Source of the DNA: Candidatus Cloacimonadales bacterium
GTDB lineage: Bacteria; Cloacimonadota; Cloacimonadia; Cloacimonadales; JAFGVF01
Reading direction: 5' to 3'
DNA: 64,000 nucleotides
Assembly (NCBI GenBank): GCA_963663475.2
Contig: CAXXJV010000001.1
Span: 1,760,001 to 1,824,000, forward strand
A program made the position numbers and the translations under genes. The notes under the pieces are model-generated. The model saw only the letters and a list, made by a program, of their open reading frames with translations, made no database searches and had not been told where the DNA came from. Position 1 is the first letter of the stretch, and the number at the start of each line of letters is the position of its first letter. Shown here one piece after another: positions 9,355-19,905 of this stretch.

Positions 9355-10482
9355 ATGGGAAAATATACACTTAGTGGATCACAAGAGTTTGATAACTTAA
9401 TCGATGAACAATTACTTCAAATTAAAGATGAAATTCTTACATTAATACCAGCTAAGGATATAGCAGCTATTCTCTTAGGCGGTGGCTATGGCCGTGGTGA
9501 GGGGGGAGTACTAGAAGAAGATGGTAAAGAGTATTTATATAATGATTATGACTTGTTTGTGATACTTAAAAATGTATCCTATCTTAAGAAAAAAGAATAT
9601 CAGGATAAAGTTCAGCTCATTCATAAAAAATTTACTCCCTTGTTTAAAATTGATGTAGATGTAGGCCCTCTCCAAACAGTAAATGCTATCTCAAAAGCTC
9701 CTCACTGGATGATGTGGTATGAACTTAAAAATGGCCATATTGTTCTCTGGGGTAATGAAAATATTAAAAACTACTTTCCTGATTACTCCCAAGAAAAAAT
9801 GCCTATAATGGAGGCCTATAGACTTCTTTTGAATAGGGGTGTTGGTCTTATCTTATGTAAAAAGCATTTCACTACTTTTGAGGAAGAAGAATCTAAAGAG
9901 TTTATTTTAAGGAATATCAGAAAGGCTCAGCTTGCTATGGGGGACGCTTTTTTAATTAAAAAAGGTGTCTTTAATTACTCCTATAAAAAGAGAGATGAGA
10001 TATTCACACAACTAATAAATGATGAAAGTCTTGTGCAACTTGGTATCTATGAACACTATAAAAGAGCTTATAATTTTAAAGAAAGACCTCACAAGGCTAA
10101 GCTTACTAAAGAAGAATACTTACAAGAATATGAAGTAGTTTGCGCAGTCTATGAAAAGTTATTTAACTGGGTTTTTACAGGTGATTTCTCTGATAATCTT
10201 GACTTAGATAAATATCAAAACATTCTTTATCAGGCCTTTAGTAAAGAAGGAAATGTAAAAGAAAAAATTAAAAATATTTGCAAGAATATCAAAATAGGCT
10301 ATTCTTTTGATGATGCATATTTATTAACTAAGCACCCACGATTTAGATTATTTATGGTTTTACCTTATTTTTTATTTGACATAGATAAAATAAGTTGCCA
10401 AAAAATTCTATCTTGTAATAGTTGTCATAGTGAAGATGATTTACTAAGTGTTTTCATAAAATTGTGGGAAAAAAATAACTAG
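9355..10482 (+). CDS. Pol-beta-superfamily nucleotidyltransferase-fold protein
   Basis: LLGGGYGRGEGG loop, then NDYDL (DxD) and DVDVG (third Asp), then a helical C-terminal domain. Confidence 0.7.
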   Translation: MGKYTLSGSQEFDNLIDEQLLQIKDEILTLIPAKDIAAILLGGGYGRGEGGVLEEDGKEYLYNDYDLFVILKNVSYLKKKEYQDKVQLIHKKFTPLFKIDVDVGPLQTVNAISKAPHWMMWYELKNGHIVLWGNENIKNYFPDYSQEKMPIMEAYRLLLNRGVGLILCKKHFTTFEEEESKEFILRNIRKAQLAMGDAFLIKKGVFNYSYKKRDEIFTQLINDESLVQLGIYEHYKRAYNFKERPHKAKLTKEEYLQEYEVVCAVYEKLFNWVFTGDFSDNLDLDKYQNILYQAFSKEGNVKEKIKNICKNIKIGYSFDDAYLLTKHPRFRLFMVLPYFLFDIDKISCQKILSCNSCHSEDDLLSVFIKLWEKNN

Positions 10483-10493
10483 GAATAAAAATA

Positions 10494-12518
10494 ATGATAG
10501 ATGAAAGCAAAAGCAATGAGCTCGAACAGTTAAAAATAGATACTGACCAGGATGAAAAATCCCCTTTAGTAATTGATAAAAGAGTTCTTTTAATTTCTTT
10601 TAGAGATAAGATTAAGTGGATTATTCTAATTACTTTATCTTTTATGCTTTTAGTATCTGTCATTGTTTCTATTAAAATCAAACCTGTATGGAGAGCTTCT
10701 TGTCGGGTTATTAGAATGCAAAAAAACATCTCAACTCCCACAGATATGCCATATCTCTATAATGCTTTTGATATCAATACAATTCTAGAAACTGCGCGTT
10801 CTCGCCCTATTATTCTCTCTATAATGGATAAACTCAATATGGAGGGTTATGAACCTGAAGAGGTGGGTAGAATGATAGAGGTTCAAAGAGGTAATCGTTC
10901 TAATGTTTTGAGTTTCAGTGTAACAGATAGCGATCCTGAAAGAGCTGTTGAAATGGCCAATGTATTAGGCGAAACTTTTATTGAAACTAGTACCAGATTG
11001 CAAAATGCCAGTGCTGATAGCGTCTATAATTATTACTCAGATGAGAAAGAAAAATCTTTAGCTAAGATATCTGACCTTGAAGAAAGTATTCTAAATTTTC
11101 AAAAAGAACATGATATAATCTCTATTGATGCAGAAAGAGATCAACTGTATGAAAAACTTAAATTAGTTGAAGTTAGAAAAATAGAAACATTAATCAAAAT
11201 TGATGAAATGAGAGTCAAAATAGCTGATTTAGCTAAAAAAATGTCTGAGCTTCCGCAAGAAGTTATGATGACCTGGACTTTCACAAATACTGATGAGAAA
11301 AAACTAATTCTCCTCAAGAAAGAGCTTGAACTCTTATTAACTCGTTATACAGAATTAAATCCAAAAGTTCAAAATCTCCAAGCTGAAATTGATACTCTTG
11401 AAAAGAAAATTGCAAATCCAGATAGAATTCCTGAACCACCAGACAATACAAGTTGGGGTCCTAATGGTTTGATTCAGACTTATGAAGTTGATAAAACAAG
11501 ATATGAAGGTGAGCTTAAAGCTGCCAGAGCTAACTTAATTGGCTATCAAAATGAGATAAATGCAATTAAGAGTAATCTTATTCATTTTAATGCAATAAAT
11601 GATAATCACTTAGAGCTTCAAAGGCAATTAGAGCTTAGTCGAGATGTTCTAAGAATCATTGAAGGTAGAATAGCAGAATCAAGAATGGCTTTAGATACTA
11701 ATACTAATGACTTTCAGTTATTTGAACCAGCTGTTATGCCAAAATATCCAGTTAATATTAGCAAGAAAATTCTTGTTCTAGCTTCAGGAATCTTTATTGG
11801 CTTCATTTTAGTTGTTTTCTATATAGGAAAAGAACTATTTGACTTCCGGGTTAAATCAAAACTTGATTATGAGAAATACATTGGCATACCTCTTCTTGGT
11901 CAAGTACCATCAGAAGAAGGAGCTAATGCAAATAAGTTTTATGCTAATCTCCAGTACATGTTGGATAATCTCTTTGATATAATTCAAGATGTACCTAAAC
12001 CTCCAATTATTACTATTGGAAGTGCCAATCCTGAAACAGGAAAGTCTTTTATTATGAACGAGTTCAGTAAAATGTTAGGTTCTACTTCAAAGGTCTTAAT
12101 TATTGAATGCGTAAAGGATTTATCTATCGAGATTGAAGATTATGAGATTAATACTTACTTAGATGATAATAAAAGTTTTGATGTGAAAGAAGTATCAACT
12201 AATATCAACAAGTGTTATTTCTGGACTGGTGAACAGATATTCAAAAAGATGTATAAAACAAGTGATTTCCATAAACTCTATGGTTTATTCATGGATTATG
12301 ATTACATCTTATGGGAAATGTTCCCTTCAAGCTATAATATCCAGCTCTATCATGCTGTTACTAAATCAGCAGACACTAATATCTTAGTGGGTAGATTTAG
12401 ATATTCACCAAAAACAGATATTTTCAACTTAGCTAACTACCTTCGCCAAAAAGATGTTAAAAAAGTATATGGAATTCTCAACAATATACCTAAAGAATAT
12501 TATACGGAGACACTATAG
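10494..12518 (+). CDS. Polysaccharide co-polymerase, Wzc/GumC-like
   Basis: TM, long coiled coil (YTELNPKV), TM, then a P-loop-like domain (GSANPETGKS). Confidence 0.85.
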   Translation: MIDESKSNELEQLKIDTDQDEKSPLVIDKRVLLISFRDKIKWIILITLSFMLLVSVIVSIKIKPVWRASCRVIRMQKNISTPTDMPYLYNAFDINTILETARSRPIILSIMDKLNMEGYEPEEVGRMIEVQRGNRSNVLSFSVTDSDPERAVEMANVLGETFIETSTRLQNASADSVYNYYSDEKEKSLAKISDLEESILNFQKEHDIISIDAERDQLYEKLKLVEVRKIETLIKIDEMRVKIADLAKKMSELPQEVMMTWTFTNTDEKKLILLKKELELLLTRYTELNPKVQNLQAEIDTLEKKIANPDRIPEPPDNTSWGPNGLIQTYEVDKTRYEGELKAARANLIGYQNEINAIKSNLIHFNAINDNHLELQRQLELSRDVLRIIEGRIAESRMALDTNTNDFQLFEPAVMPKYPVNISKKILVLASGIFIGFILVVFYIGKELFDFRVKSKLDYEKYIGIPLLGQVPSEEGANANKFYANLQYMLDNLFDIIQDVPKPPIITIGSANPETGKSFIMNEFSKMLGSTSKVLIIECVKDLSIEIEDYEINTYLDDNKSFDVKEVSTNINKCYFWTGEQIFKKMYKTSDFHKLYGLFMDYDYILWEMFPSSYNIQLYHAVTKSADTNILVGRFRYSPKTDIFNLANYLRQKDVKKVYGILNNIPKEYYTETL

Positions 12519-12524
12519 GCTCTT

Positions 12525-13571
12525 ATGAAAAAGTTACATATATATTTATTATTTATTATTACGATTATTGCATTAAGTTGTAGTAGAGAACCTTATATTG
12601 AAGAAAATATTGATGTTCCTGGAGAGTACCTTGAGGAATCAGCAGTCTCTACACAAGAAGATCAGCAGACTATTGATGAGTTAAATAAGTTGCAACAGGT
12701 AAAGATGCCAACCTATTTAATTGGCCCTGATGATAAATTCCATGCTTATGTTTATAATGAAGAAGATCTAAATACAAAGGAGCTTATTGTAAAAAGAGAT
12801 GGTTGTATAACCTTTCCTTTAATAGGAGAAGTTGAAGTGGAAGGTTTAGAATTAGCTGAAGCAACCGCTTTAATTGAAGATAAGTTAAAAGCTTATATTG
12901 CTTTTCCAGAAGTAACAATCATTCCTTATGAAATCAATAGTGGAACTGTTACAATCTTAGGAAAAGTTACTTATCCTCAACAATATCAAATTACTGGGGA
13001 AATGAGAATATTGGATTTAATAGCTAAGGCAGGTGGACTAGCCTTGGGTTATTTTCAAAATAACTCTATCGAACTAGCTGATTTAGAAAGATCATTTATT
13101 GTTAGGAACAACAAAGTTTTACCAATAGATTTTTATTCTCTTATTAAAGAAGGGAATATGTTAAATAACATTCCATTGATGGGAGGAGACTATATTTATC
13201 TACCTTCCTCAATCAATAGAGAAGTTTATGTAGTGGGTGAGGTTCTTGAACAAGGGCATTTTGCTTTTAAAGAAAACATGACCTTAGGTCAGGTAATTGC
13301 TTACGCTCAGGGATTAAAACCTTCCGCAAAAACATCAAATGTCTATTTAGTTAGGGGTAATCTTAAACATCCAAGACTTTTTAAGATTAACTTAGATGCT
13401 ATTTATGAAGGCAAGATAATGGACTTTAGGTTAAAACCAAATGACATTGTATATGTTCCCAAAACTCCTATTGCTAGCTGGAATTTAGTATTAGAACAGA
13501 TACTTCCAAGTTTACAAGCTGTTCAAACAGGTTACATACTACAAAATATTATTAACGATACTAATAATTAA
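12525..13571 (+). CDS. wza: Polysaccharide export lipoprotein, Wza-like
   Basis: Lipobox ALSC, YLIGPDD, DGCITFPLIG, SLBB repeats and LKPNDIVYVP. Confidence 0.88.
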   Translation: MKKLHIYLLFIITIIALSCSREPYIEENIDVPGEYLEESAVSTQEDQQTIDELNKLQQVKMPTYLIGPDDKFHAYVYNEEDLNTKELIVKRDGCITFPLIGEVEVEGLELAEATALIEDKLKAYIAFPEVTIIPYEINSGTVTILGKVTYPQQYQITGEMRILDLIAKAGGLALGYFQNNSIELADLERSFIVRNNKVLPIDFYSLIKEGNMLNNIPLMGGDYIYLPSSINREVYVVGEVLEQGHFAFKENMTLGQVIAYAQGLKPSAKTSNVYLVRGNLKHPRLFKINLDAIYEGKIMDFRLKPNDIVYVPKTPIASWNLVLEQILPSLQAVQTGYILQNIINDTNN

Positions 13572-13576
13572 GTATC

Positions 13577-14929
13577 ATGACTGAAGCCCTAAGTGCCTTT
13601 AAATATGTAATTTTCTTTTTAGTAATGCTGATAGGGGTACCCTTAGGATATTCTTTATCTCTTAAGCACGATAAAATAGAGAGAGCAATTTTCTTTTTAA
13701 TGGTCTTCTTTACTGCAAAAATGGAAGACATTAACTTTGTTTCAAGAGAAACTGAAAGACTTACCTCAAAGGGTTTTGAAGTTGGTATGGTTGATATATG
13801 TACCATGATAATATTCTTAATTGTAATTCATAAAAAGGGAGTGAAAGACAGGATTCCCAAAGGAGCTCATTGGTACTTCATATATTTTGGGCTCAGTATA
13901 GTTTCCATGATTAATGCAGATTTTGTTCTTTTCTCAATGTTTGAAATCTGGAAAATGATTAGAATGTATGTTTATTTTTGGACTGTTTACAACTATATTG
14001 ATACTGAAAAGAAGTATTTTGATTTTCTTAAAGGAGTTGCAGCCATTACCATTTTCGTCTTTTATGAGGTTATCAAACAGAAATATCTAGATGGTAAGTT
14101 TCAAACTGCAGGTCCCTTTCCCCACCAAAACTCCCTTGTTATGTATATGATTATTTTTGGGTCTATAGCCTTCTCTTATCTTATTAATAAAAAAGATCTT
14201 TCTCTTGATAAACTAGTTGTCTGGCTAATGGTTTTCGGAATGGCTTCTGTTTCTATTATCTCTACACTATCAAGAGCAGGTCTAGCCCTCTATGCTTTTG
14301 CCATAGTGATAGTACTTGGTATGTCCTTCTTAAATGGTTTTAACCCTAAGAAAATAGTCATTACCTTTCTCCTAATTATTATGAGTTTAGCTGTTCTGGC
14401 TAAAGCTTGGGATTCAATAACGGAAAGATTTAGAACTGCCCCAGAGGAGTCTGCTCTTGTTAGAGTTGCTCTTGCTCAAGCTGCAGTAAAAATGGCAAAT
14501 GATAAGAGCTTAGCATATATGGGAGTTGGTATTAATAACTTTGGAAGAGCAATTAATCCTCCTTACCCCTATAGTTCTCATATTGAAATGCATGATACTG
14601 AGGATGCTGAAGAGAAGAACGGACTTGTGGAAACAATATATCTTATGATTGCGGCTGAATCAGGCTGGCATACTCTAGTATTCTTTTTTGTCTTTCTCTT
14701 CTACTATTACTTCTTAAATCTAGTTAATGTTTTCCGCTATAAGGGGACTAATCTCCAGTTTATGTCAATTGGGCTAGTAGGGGGATTACTAGCCATCTAT
14801 ATAGAATCTGGTCTGGAATGGGTTTTAAAGCAGACTAATAATTTCTATCAGTTGATGCTAATCTTTGCAATTATAGCAACAATGGATAGGTTATATCACA
14901 TTAAGGTTGAAAAGGGTGAATTAAAATGA
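13577..14929 (+). CDS. O-antigen ligase / Wzy polymerase family membrane protein
   Basis: About 11-12 hydrophobic segments with GPFPHQN, TLSRAG, GVGINNF and YLMIAAESG. Confidence 0.8.
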   Translation: MTEALSAFKYVIFFLVMLIGVPLGYSLSLKHDKIERAIFFLMVFFTAKMEDINFVSRETERLTSKGFEVGMVDICTMIIFLIVIHKKGVKDRIPKGAHWYFIYFGLSIVSMINADFVLFSMFEIWKMIRMYVYFWTVYNYIDTEKKYFDFLKGVAAITIFVFYEVIKQKYLDGKFQTAGPFPHQNSLVMYMIIFGSIAFSYLINKKDLSLDKLVVWLMVFGMASVSIISTLSRAGLALYAFAIVIVLGMSFLNGFNPKKIVITFLLIIMSLAVLAKAWDSITERFRTAPEESALVRVALAQAAVKMANDKSLAYMGVGINNFGRAINPPYPYSSHIEMHDTEDAEEKNGLVETIYLMIAAESGWHTLVFFFVFLFYYYFLNLVNVFRYKGTNLQFMSIGLVGGLLAIYIESGLEWVLKQTNNFYQLMLIFAIIATMDRLYHIKVEKGELK

Positions 14930-15333
14930 GAACACCAGAAGAAGAACAACAAAAAAATCTCAAGCAGATTGGTAGTGATAAATTTAGAGAGAATCTAAAT
15001 ATCGAGCAGAGAAACCAATTAAAATCACTATTAAAAAAGATGTTACCTCCTGTACCTTCAGTTGGTATCATTGATATAAGATTTTCTTTTTGGTTTTTTA
15101 AACAGTGGTATGTAGTATTTATCTTTGGTAGAGATACTAGAGAAGGATTTAAATCTCTTGATAAAGGTGATGTTGACCGTTCCTTAAGTCTAGTTGCCAA
15201 AGCAACAACCTATATTATTATGATGATAAGTATTATGATTATGCTCTTGTTCTTGCTATATGCATTAAAGAGTGTAATTGGTATAGATTTATTTCCAGAT
15301 AAGCATTTATCAGATTTTTTGCCATGGAAATAG
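14926..15333 (+). CDS. Hypothetical membrane protein in the EPS operon
   Basis: Overlaps the upstream stop (ATGA-type coupling) and has a C-terminal TM helix. Confidence 0.7.
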   Translation: MRTPEEEQQKNLKQIGSDKFRENLNIEQRNQLKSLLKKMLPPVPSVGIIDIRFSFWFFKQWYVVFIFGRDTREGFKSLDKGDVDRSLSLVAKATTYIIMMISIMIMLLFLLYALKSVIGIDLFPDKHLSDFLPWK

Positions 15334-15349
15334 TGTTCAAGGAGAATAA

Positions 15350-16306
15350 ATGGAATTTAACAAAAGCATAGTAACAGCCTGTGATAGTAATTATATATGG
15401 GGAGCGTATTTATTACTTGCCTCTTTAGCTTATAATAATGTTAAAAGCTATAAAAAGGTACTGGGGATCATGTTAAGTGAAGAAGAAGAAGAACTACTTA
15501 ATCAATTCCCTCATACACAGGTTATTAATAGTGATAGAGAGACGGACAAAAGCGTATGCTTAATGAAACCTCATGCTATATTTTCTGCTGATACTGATAT
15601 TATAGCTTGGATGGATTCAGATTGTATAGTCACAGGAGATGTTACCGATTTTTTAGACGTTCAAGCCAATGAAATACAGATAAGATTTAGGTCTTTTGAA
15701 GAAAATGCTGGTGTTTATAGAAATTTCTATGGTAAAGATGATGAAAGAGGATTGATTCCTGACAAAGTTCTCAAGACTTGGCAAGAAGATGTTGGAGATT
15801 TAAAGTCCTCCCAGATTTCAACTGTATGTGAAACTAACTGTTTTGTTATTCATAAAAGTAATTTCGATTTTATTAAATTATGGCAGACTCAAATGGAGAA
15901 AGTTATCATTGATAATAATTTGCAAGTATATGATAAACGCAGTGTTGGGTATTTTATGACAGATGAATCAGTATTAAATTCTATTATGGCTTATTCTAGC
16001 AAATCTCTTAATGTAAAAGAGTATCTGTTTGATAAAGATAAAGAAAGGTTACTTGTTCATTTTGGTTTAAATCCAAAACCGTGGATTCATTGGACTAAAA
16101 GAGCTTTATTACATTATGACTTAGTCTTGGAGATTGTCGAATGGACTAAAAGTCAAGGATATAAGACTCCTCCAATTCCAACTTCTTTCTTAAGAACTAA
16201 TAAAGCTAAAGAGACATTAATAGCAAATCTAAGAAATTACTTTAATACCAGTAAATATAGAGTCTCAACAACACTACATAAGTATCATAGTAAGGTAAGA
16301 AGTTAA
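15350..16306 (+). CDS. GT8-like glycosyltransferase
   Basis: ACDSNY, WMDSDC (DxD), DESVLN and HF..NPKPW motifs. Confidence 0.75.
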   Translation: MEFNKSIVTACDSNYIWGAYLLLASLAYNNVKSYKKVLGIMLSEEEEELLNQFPHTQVINSDRETDKSVCLMKPHAIFSADTDIIAWMDSDCIVTGDVTDFLDVQANEIQIRFRSFEENAGVYRNFYGKDDERGLIPDKVLKTWQEDVGDLKSSQISTVCETNCFVIHKSNFDFIKLWQTQMEKVIIDNNLQVYDKRSVGYFMTDESVLNSIMAYSSKSLNVKEYLFDKDKERLLVHFGLNPKPWIHWTKRALLHYDLVLEIVEWTKSQGYKTPPIPTSFLRTNKAKETLIANLRNYFNTSKYRVSTTLHKYHSKVRS

Positions 16307-16307
16307 G

Positions 16308-17456
16308 ATGAAAATTCTCATAATTTCCAACTACTTTCCACCTCATTTCAAAGGAGGCTATGAGTTATCTTGCAAAGAGGTAACAGACTATCTTTTCCAA
16401 AAGGGAGAAGAGGTTATGGTCTTATGCGGAGATTATAAAAAGCAGGAAGAAGAGGGGAGAAGAGACTATAGGGTCCTTAGAAAACTAAGATATATTGATT
16501 ATCTTAGTGGCGATTACTGGAACAAGAGTAAAGTTGAAAAAGAGAATTTTCAAATTACTATGAGAGTTTTGGATAGGTTTGAACCTGATTTAGTTTATTT
16601 CTGGAATCAACAGTATATTTCGCTTGCTCCCTACTGGGCTGTAAAGAAAAGAAAGATAAGACATCTTTTCGATATTGGTGACATTTGGCCAATAAAGTAC
16701 CATCGTGAAGGTTTTAAGGCAAAAGTTAAATCATCAATCAAACGAATTTTACCTTTTTTCATCGACTCTCAAGTTAAGATAGATCCCGTAATAATTCTTT
16801 CAGATTGGATGAGACCACTCTTTAAAAATAAATTCAAATCAAAAACAATTTATACAATTCCCAGAGGGGTTATTATTAAAGAAAATATTGAAATTAAACC
16901 TCATGAACATAGTATTAGATTAATGTTTGCTGGGAGAATTGAACCCTTAAAGGGACTCGACTTAATCATAAAAGTTCTGGCAAATCTTAAAGAATATAAG
17001 TGGACTTTAGATATCTATGGAGATGGAGAAGAAGCTTATATATCCCAGATAAAAGCACTAATTAAGGATAAGTTGTTACAGGATAGGATTACTTTCCAGG
17101 GCAAGGTTTATCCCTTAGACCAAGCTTATCAAGACCATGATATATTTCTTTTCCCAACTTTAGCCCAAGAAGGTTTTGGTAGGGTAGCTATTGAAGCTAT
17201 GAATTATGGACTACCAGTCATCACTGTTGATAGGTTTGGACCTAATGATATTGTCGAAAATGGACTTAATGGTTTCAAGTGCTCACCTAGTGAACCTGAA
17301 TGTTGGGAAAATAGTTTAAAACAAATCTTGTCAGATAAGGAACTATTGATTAAAATGTCTTATAATGCTTTGGCAAGAGTTAAAGATAAGTATGATATTA
17401 ACAAAATAAACAAAGAAAGATATGATATTATAAAAGAATTATACTACACAAAATGA
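16308..17456 (+). CDS. GT4 glycosyltransferase
   Basis: SNYFPPHFKGGYE, GRIEPLKG and EGFGRVAIEAM motifs. Confidence 0.9.
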   Translation: MKILIISNYFPPHFKGGYELSCKEVTDYLFQKGEEVMVLCGDYKKQEEEGRRDYRVLRKLRYIDYLSGDYWNKSKVEKENFQITMRVLDRFEPDLVYFWNQQYISLAPYWAVKKRKIRHLFDIGDIWPIKYHREGFKAKVKSSIKRILPFFIDSQVKIDPVIILSDWMRPLFKNKFKSKTIYTIPRGVIIKENIEIKPHEHSIRLMFAGRIEPLKGLDLIIKVLANLKEYKWTLDIYGDGEEAYISQIKALIKDKLLQDRITFQGKVYPLDQAYQDHDIFLFPTLAQEGFGRVAIEAMNYGLPVITVDRFGPNDIVENGLNGFKCSPSEPECWENSLKQILSDKELLIKMSYNALARVKDKYDINKINKERYDIIKELYYTK

Positions 17457-17463
17457 GGTTTCA

Positions 17464-18276
17464 ATGATAATAGCTAGAAGACTAATATTTTTAATATTTT
17501 TGCTAGGATTAATTACTGCTTGTACTCCTTACAAGAAATCTATTTATATCCCCAAAGGAGTTTTTGAGGAAGAAATCCTAATTCGTTCTGAACCTACTGA
17601 AGCAATGATTTATGTGAATGGAGAAGAAATTGGTGAGACACCTTTTCGGACATCACTCTTTTATTCTGAAGACAAACTAATCAATATTAAGGCTGTTCCA
17701 ATTTATCCTAATCAGTTCACGCAAAATATTTTTGTCAGAGTTCCTCCTATTCCCAAAACAATGACTATCTATATGAACGAAAAACCTAATTTTGTTTTCG
17801 AGACTGAGGAAGAAAAACCCCAACCTCCAGCTAAAAGACCTCCTGTAGAGATTGTAAAATATGATACTCTTTATGTAGATAGAATTTCCTATTATACAAC
17901 TCCAACTATCTATTTTGAATTTGATAAAACTGACATTAATGTTCAAGATGGTGCAAAACTAAGAAGTCTGGTGCAATTCCTTAAAAAGAACCCAGAAGTC
18001 TATGTTGATATCTTAGGTGCAGCTGATATTAGGGGTGGTGATAAGTATAATATTGAATTATCACTTAACAGAAGTAAAGCTGTGGCAGAATACCTCAACA
18101 AGTATGGAATTCCAATGTCTAGATTATACACTAGAGGAGTTGGTAGAACAACTATTTATGATGAAGTAGGAAGACCTATGTCTCATCAGGAAAGTAGAAC
18201 AGTGATCTTTAATCTTTATGTAAATAGGGCTGATTTTGAAAAGATGAAAGCTGAGTATGAGGAAAATTACAAATAA
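17464..18276 (+). CDS. PEGA + OmpA-like peptidoglycan-binding lipoprotein
   Basis: Lipobox ITAC. SEPTEAMIYVNGEEIGETP (PEGA). IYFEFDK...GAAD..G..KYNIELSLNRSKAV (OmpA_C). Confidence 0.85.
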   Translation: MIIARRLIFLIFLLGLITACTPYKKSIYIPKGVFEEEILIRSEPTEAMIYVNGEEIGETPFRTSLFYSEDKLINIKAVPIYPNQFTQNIFVRVPPIPKTMTIYMNEKPNFVFETEEEKPQPPAKRPPVEIVKYDTLYVDRISYYTTPTIYFEFDKTDINVQDGAKLRSLVQFLKKNPEVYVDILGAADIRGGDKYNIELSLNRSKAVAEYLNKYGIPMSRLYTRGVGRTTIYDEVGRPMSHQESRTVIFNLYVNRADFEKMKAEYEENYK

Positions 18277-19871
18277 TGGGTGATAGAAACTTAAATTTAC
18301 GAAAAAGAATGATAGTTAATACCCTATCAAACTATGGTAAATTGCTCATAGGTATGGCAATAACCATATTCTTAACAAGGGTTTTATTCTTAGGTTTAAG
18401 CAGAACTGATTATGGATTCTGGGCTCTTCTCTGGTCAATTTTTGGTTATTCACTCTTGCTTGATTTTGGCTTTGGAGCATCAATCCAGAAATACACTTCT
18501 GAGTCTATTGTTACTAAAGATTGGACAAAGTTTAATAAAATTGTTTCAACTGTCTTCTTTAATTATTCTTTTGTTTCCCTTATTATCATGGCAGTTTCAG
18601 TTATCTTGGCCTACAATGTTCACCACATATTTACCTTTGAAGAAGCAAATATTGAATATTATAAGAAAGCTCTACTTGTCTTTGGTATTGGTTCTTCAAT
18701 AGTTTTTCCTATTGGTTTCTTTACAGAAATTCTCAGAGGAATGCAAGCCCTCCACTTAAGAAATATTGTAGAAATTATTGTGTCTATTCTGAATTTTACA
18801 GGAATGATCTTAATTGTTTATTTCTTTAAAGTAGATAAACCCTTGATTTGGATGGCTATGGTAGCTATTGGTACAAACTTCATCTCAAGCATACTTATGG
18901 GCATAATCTCCCATCGTTTGATACCAGAGTTAAAAATACGCTGGCGTTTTTACGATAGAAAAATGTTAAAGTCTGTAATGGGCTTTTCTATGTATGCTTA
19001 TCTTATCACTTTTACTAATTTAATAATATTTAAAACAGATCAGTTAGTTATCTCAATATTTGGCTCAGTTGCCCTAGTTGCTATTTACCAAATATCTTCA
19101 AGACTTGCAGAGACTTTCAGAACATTTTCTAAGCAATTCTTAGATAACTTAGGTCCTGTCTCAGCCACTCTTTTTGCAGCAGGTAATAAGAGTAAAATGG
19201 CAGAAATTATGATTCAATCAACCCGTCTTATGGGTTTCATATCAACTTTATTCCTGGTCCCTTTATTAGTCTTTGTAAAACCTCTTCTAAAGATCTGGCT
19301 AGAGTTGGAAGAAATAACTGGAGTCATAGTAGCTATAATTCTATTACTATCTATGTATGTTCTTTTATTTTATAGATCAACCTCTGTCTATATGCTTTTA
19401 ATGGCTAACGAACAGAAGAAGCTTACTAAAATAGCCCTTATTGAATGTATAGCAAACTTAGTGCTATCAGTATTTTTAATTCATTACTTAAGACCAATCA
19501 CTGCTTACTTTGGTTATACTCTACCAGTAAATGGAGAAATAATCGGAGTTGCCCTAGGTACTTTTATACCTAATATAATTTTAGCTGTAAGTTTTAATCT
19601 ACCAATAGCAGTGAAATTTTGTGAAACATCATTATGGTCTTTTCTAAAAACATCAATATTAAAAACTAAAATATCTGCAATTGCTTATTTTATTGTTGCT
19701 CTCGCTCTCTATAAACTAATCCCTCCTTCCAATATCTGGATAATATTATTAAATTCAGCTATTGCAGTAATTGTCTATATTTCATTATTCTATATGATAG
19801 GCTTTGAAGGTTGGGAAAAAGAACAACTAAAGGCTTTTATTGCTGGAAAATTAAAACTTAAGAAGTCATAA
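18276..19871 (+). CDS. Oligosaccharide flippase (Wzx/MOP family)
   Basis: About 14 TM segments with YGFWAL...LLDFGFG and KTDQLVIS. Confidence 0.85.
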   Translation: MGDRNLNLRKRMIVNTLSNYGKLLIGMAITIFLTRVLFLGLSRTDYGFWALLWSIFGYSLLLDFGFGASIQKYTSESIVTKDWTKFNKIVSTVFFNYSFVSLIIMAVSVILAYNVHHIFTFEEANIEYYKKALLVFGIGSSIVFPIGFFTEILRGMQALHLRNIVEIIVSILNFTGMILIVYFFKVDKPLIWMAMVAIGTNFISSILMGIISHRLIPELKIRWRFYDRKMLKSVMGFSMYAYLITFTNLIIFKTDQLVISIFGSVALVAIYQISSRLAETFRTFSKQFLDNLGPVSATLFAAGNKSKMAEIMIQSTRLMGFISTLFLVPLLVFVKPLLKIWLELEEITGVIVAIILLLSMYVLLFYRSTSVYMLLMANEQKKLTKIALIECIANLVLSVFLIHYLRPITAYFGYTLPVNGEIIGVALGTFIPNIILAVSFNLPIAVKFCETSLWSFLKTSILKTKISAIAYFIVALALYKLIPPSNIWIILLNSAIAVIVYISLFYMIGFEGWEKEQLKAFIAGKLKLKKS

Positions 19872-19905
19872 AGCTAATAAAAAAATTAATTTCGAAAGGA
19901 AAACT

